Shown: in pieces, positions 61,646 to 64,000 of the stretch
Position numbering within the stretch: position 1 is the first letter of the stretch
Layout: each line of letters opens with the position of its first letter
Program-made: the position numbers and the translations under genes
Notes under the pieces: model-generated
The model's input: the letters and a program-made list of their open reading frames with translations, nothing else
Told to the model about the DNA's origin: nothing
Database searches by the model: none
Assembly (NCBI GenBank): GCA_002633005.1
Contig: NMRA01000345.1
Location: forward strand, 333,131 to 397,130
Length of the DNA stretch: 64,000 nucleotides
Source: Phoronis australis
Taxonomy: Eukaryota > Animalia > Phoronida
Direction of reading: 5' to 3'

Positions 61646-61870
61646 GCCATTACATCGCTTCATAGAACTGCCGCAAGTATGGCGATGCTTGCAATCTCGC
61701 CATTACATGACTCACGTGATTGGCTGCTGCTTGACCTTTGATCGGGATCAGACAATGAATGACCAGGATCGAAGGTCAAGCAGCAGCCAAACCCACCAAT
61801 AGACTGGCCCGTCACATGAGATTGCGAACCTTGCCAGATGTCTGGTAGTTCTATTTAGCTATGTAATAGC
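61646..61870. repeat. Foldback MITE with a 24-bp inner stem
   Basis: Outer arms gccattacatcgcttcatagaactgcc and ggtagttctatttagctatgtaatagc. Inner arms ttggctgctgcttgacctttgatc and gatcgaaggtcaagcagcagccaa. Confidence 0.82.
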
Positions 61871-62226
61871 ATACACTTTACGTAGAGTGTATACTAGAGG
61901 TATGTTCTAAATATGCTCCAGTGGCTCCTCCCAAGGGCAAAAATCCCTTCTTTGTTATTAACTAAGGGTCAAGTTGTAACCAATTGTGTAGTGGTCAATG
62001 GTCTATATCAAAAGTTACGTTTTTTTGTCTGACATGGACTTTATTGCACCTTTCAGTTTACTCAACTGATGTTTTGTTTTCTGATTTTAAGTCAGCCACC
62101 ATCTTATTTGCAGAATATTCTGATGACCGCCAATCTTGTAACGGTTTTTTGTATTTTATGACGAAACACTCAGTAGCTGTAAATTTACTTCTGTTGATTA
62201 CTTTAATGTTGCTTTACTTATTTTAG

Positions 62227-62290
62227 AACGGCACAAGAGAAACCGAGGACAGCAAAAACCCAAGCAATCACCCACACAAATAGAACCCAG
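62227..62290 (+). CDS. GEMIN5: GEMIN5 exon 15 (basic linker)
   Basis: tttttAG acceptor, AG|GTGGGT donor. ERHKRNRGQQKPKQSPTQIEP. Phases fit both neighbours. Confidence 0.75.
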
Positions 62291-63169
62291 GTGGGTTTGA
62301 AGAGACCGTTGTTAAACTTGAACAATTTTGCAAAAGTTTAAAACATGCACCTTTTGCCTGGTGACATATGAAAGTCGATGTCTTGCTGCACTTATTTGGT
62401 AGTTGTCAGGCTGATTTCTAAATTTTGTGGTCCAAAGTCATCATTGCATATGTTGTCTCTCATTGCCTTTTCTGAGTTGACTATCCCAACACCCCCTGTT
62501 GGCAATTTTAGTTTTCAACAATGTTTTCCTTGTCTGTTGATTATTTTCATAATGAATGGCTTGTCTATTTTTAATGAAGTGGCTGGGGAACCAGTTGATT
62601 ATTGGAAAGATTGGAACACTGTAACGGTTATGGTCGGATATAACATGCCGGCATTTTGCAAACCAGTTTTCTCCACTGAATAACGGGCATCAAACTGGTT
62701 CTCAAAATACGGGAACGTTATACTGTTTGACTATTGCCCACCGTAACATCCCCTGTTGACCTTTTTAGTTATTAATAACACGTTGGTTATCCTTCATTAT
62801 TGTCAATATGGCGTGACGGATTTTTTGATGGACTAGGACATAGAGGGGCTTAACATCATTTCTAAAAGTTATTGGTCTATTTACACCAACCCCTAACCTA
62901 TTTTCATTGGCATTGTTTTTTGACTGTGGTTGGAGAGATGACCGACTGAAATGCCGTGCCATTGTATATATAAGGCTAGAGGTTGATATAAACTGATTAA
63001 TAGAACTTAGAAATAACGTTACCACATCACCACCTCAAAGTTGTTTTAGGAAGACAGGTGTATGGCTGGAATGCGCAGTCGTGGACACATTCCAACATAA
63101 TTCTTGTAAGGTATGCTGTGTAAATTAGCATGCTCTCAATGTTATACGAAATCAATGTGATTTTTACAG

Positions 63170-63327
63170 TCACGATAATTCAGCAGTCTCTGGGTCGGGA
63201 GAAATTGAGGAGTTGAAGAAAATGTTGGAGACAAAGAAGAGAGAACTTATGTTAGCGCAAGGTGGTGCTGTTAGCCAGGAACACTCGACAGAGACACCTG
63301 TTGAAGAGTCTGCAGTGGCTGCATCTG
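63170..63327 (+). CDS. GEMIN5: GEMIN5 exon 16 (linker; gene continues beyond the window)
   Basis: ttttacAG acceptor, G|GTATGA donor. HDNSAVSGSGEIEELKKMLETKKRELMLAQGG. Confidence 0.78.
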
Positions 63328-64000
63328 GTATGATTTTAGAAGTTAATTGTTGGTTGTTTATGCTTGTGAAGACCTCAAAGTTGACAAACGTTTGTTGTAG
63401 CTTATCTAGGCTGGCGTAAGCCCAACTTTGATGATAGGTCCTGGGTATAGGCCCCCTTTACGCGGATGCCTTGTTGTCTGTAGTGTTTGTGCAAACCTGC
63501 CTCGCAAAAAAGATCTTAATTGTGTAAAGCAAGGTGTCGTTCATGGTTTAAGTCATCGGGAAGTGCACCTCAGTTCATTCAGTACATTTCATGTGAAACT
63601 CGTGGGGTTAGGGAGGCTTCACACACTCCGCAGCATTGTCCACGTCTAATTGTCGTGCAGCAGTTATTGCGTCACATGTGGGGAATAAGTTTGGACTACA
63701 CTGACTGTGTCTCCCACAAATAATTTTTGCCCCGTACGGCCAAAGCCGCACTGTGTGCGGAGGGTGTGCATTCGATTGCCCACTTCTCGCAGTATGTTCG
63801 CCTTTGCGTACGTGTTGGTCATGTTCACAGAATCCATAATGTGTAAAAATTAAAACGGATTTCGTTCAGATTAGAATAACTATTATATTTGCTATTTAAT
63901 TAGCATTTAGAATCTCTGTTGGTATATCTGAATCCGTGGTCAAAACATAAATTTCCGTGCGACCTCTTTGATTTTTCATGATATTTAATGAAACAAGATG

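Noticed and set aside
63410-63780. GC-richer stretch with two overlapping ORFs
   Set aside because: Probably a repeat body in a GEMIN5 intron, but I could not identify termini, a TSD or a coding signature.

Overview
This is animal genomic DNA (AT-rich, spliceosomal introns, probably a marine invertebrate), so most entries in the ORF track are exon fragments or noise. Splicing by hand gives three recognisable + strand genes. (1) An aryl hydrocarbon receptor (AHR/spineless-type bHLH-PAS): 10 coding exons at 1053-28340, first exon upstream of the window, and a 14.2-kb intron after the bHLH exon. (2) A complete 4-exon SSR3/TRAP-gamma at 43269-47125. Its promoter and exon 1 occur twice either side of a single N at 41751, most likely two haplotypes joined by the assembler. 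(3) The WD40-repeat half of GEMIN5: 16 exons from 48996, running off the window end, with two consecutive GC-AG introns. Between AHR and SSR3 lies an unannotated two-exon gene (38336-39533) for a 114-aa stand-alone SAM-like protein. The non-coding DNA carries many mobile elements that can be delimited by their ends: a 5'-truncated L1/Tx1 LINE with a 14-bp TSD, two copies of a TAGCC..GGCTA element with 9-bp TSDs (AcademH-like, one nested in another element), CA..TG MITEs with 5-bp TSDs, Harbinger- and Kolobok-like MITEs, a Helentron-like insert, a structured tRNA-derived SINE, and foldback elements bounded by a TATTCTA motif. No rRNA, intact tRNA, CRISPR or prokaryotic system was found. Family assignments come from recognised motifs, not database searches.
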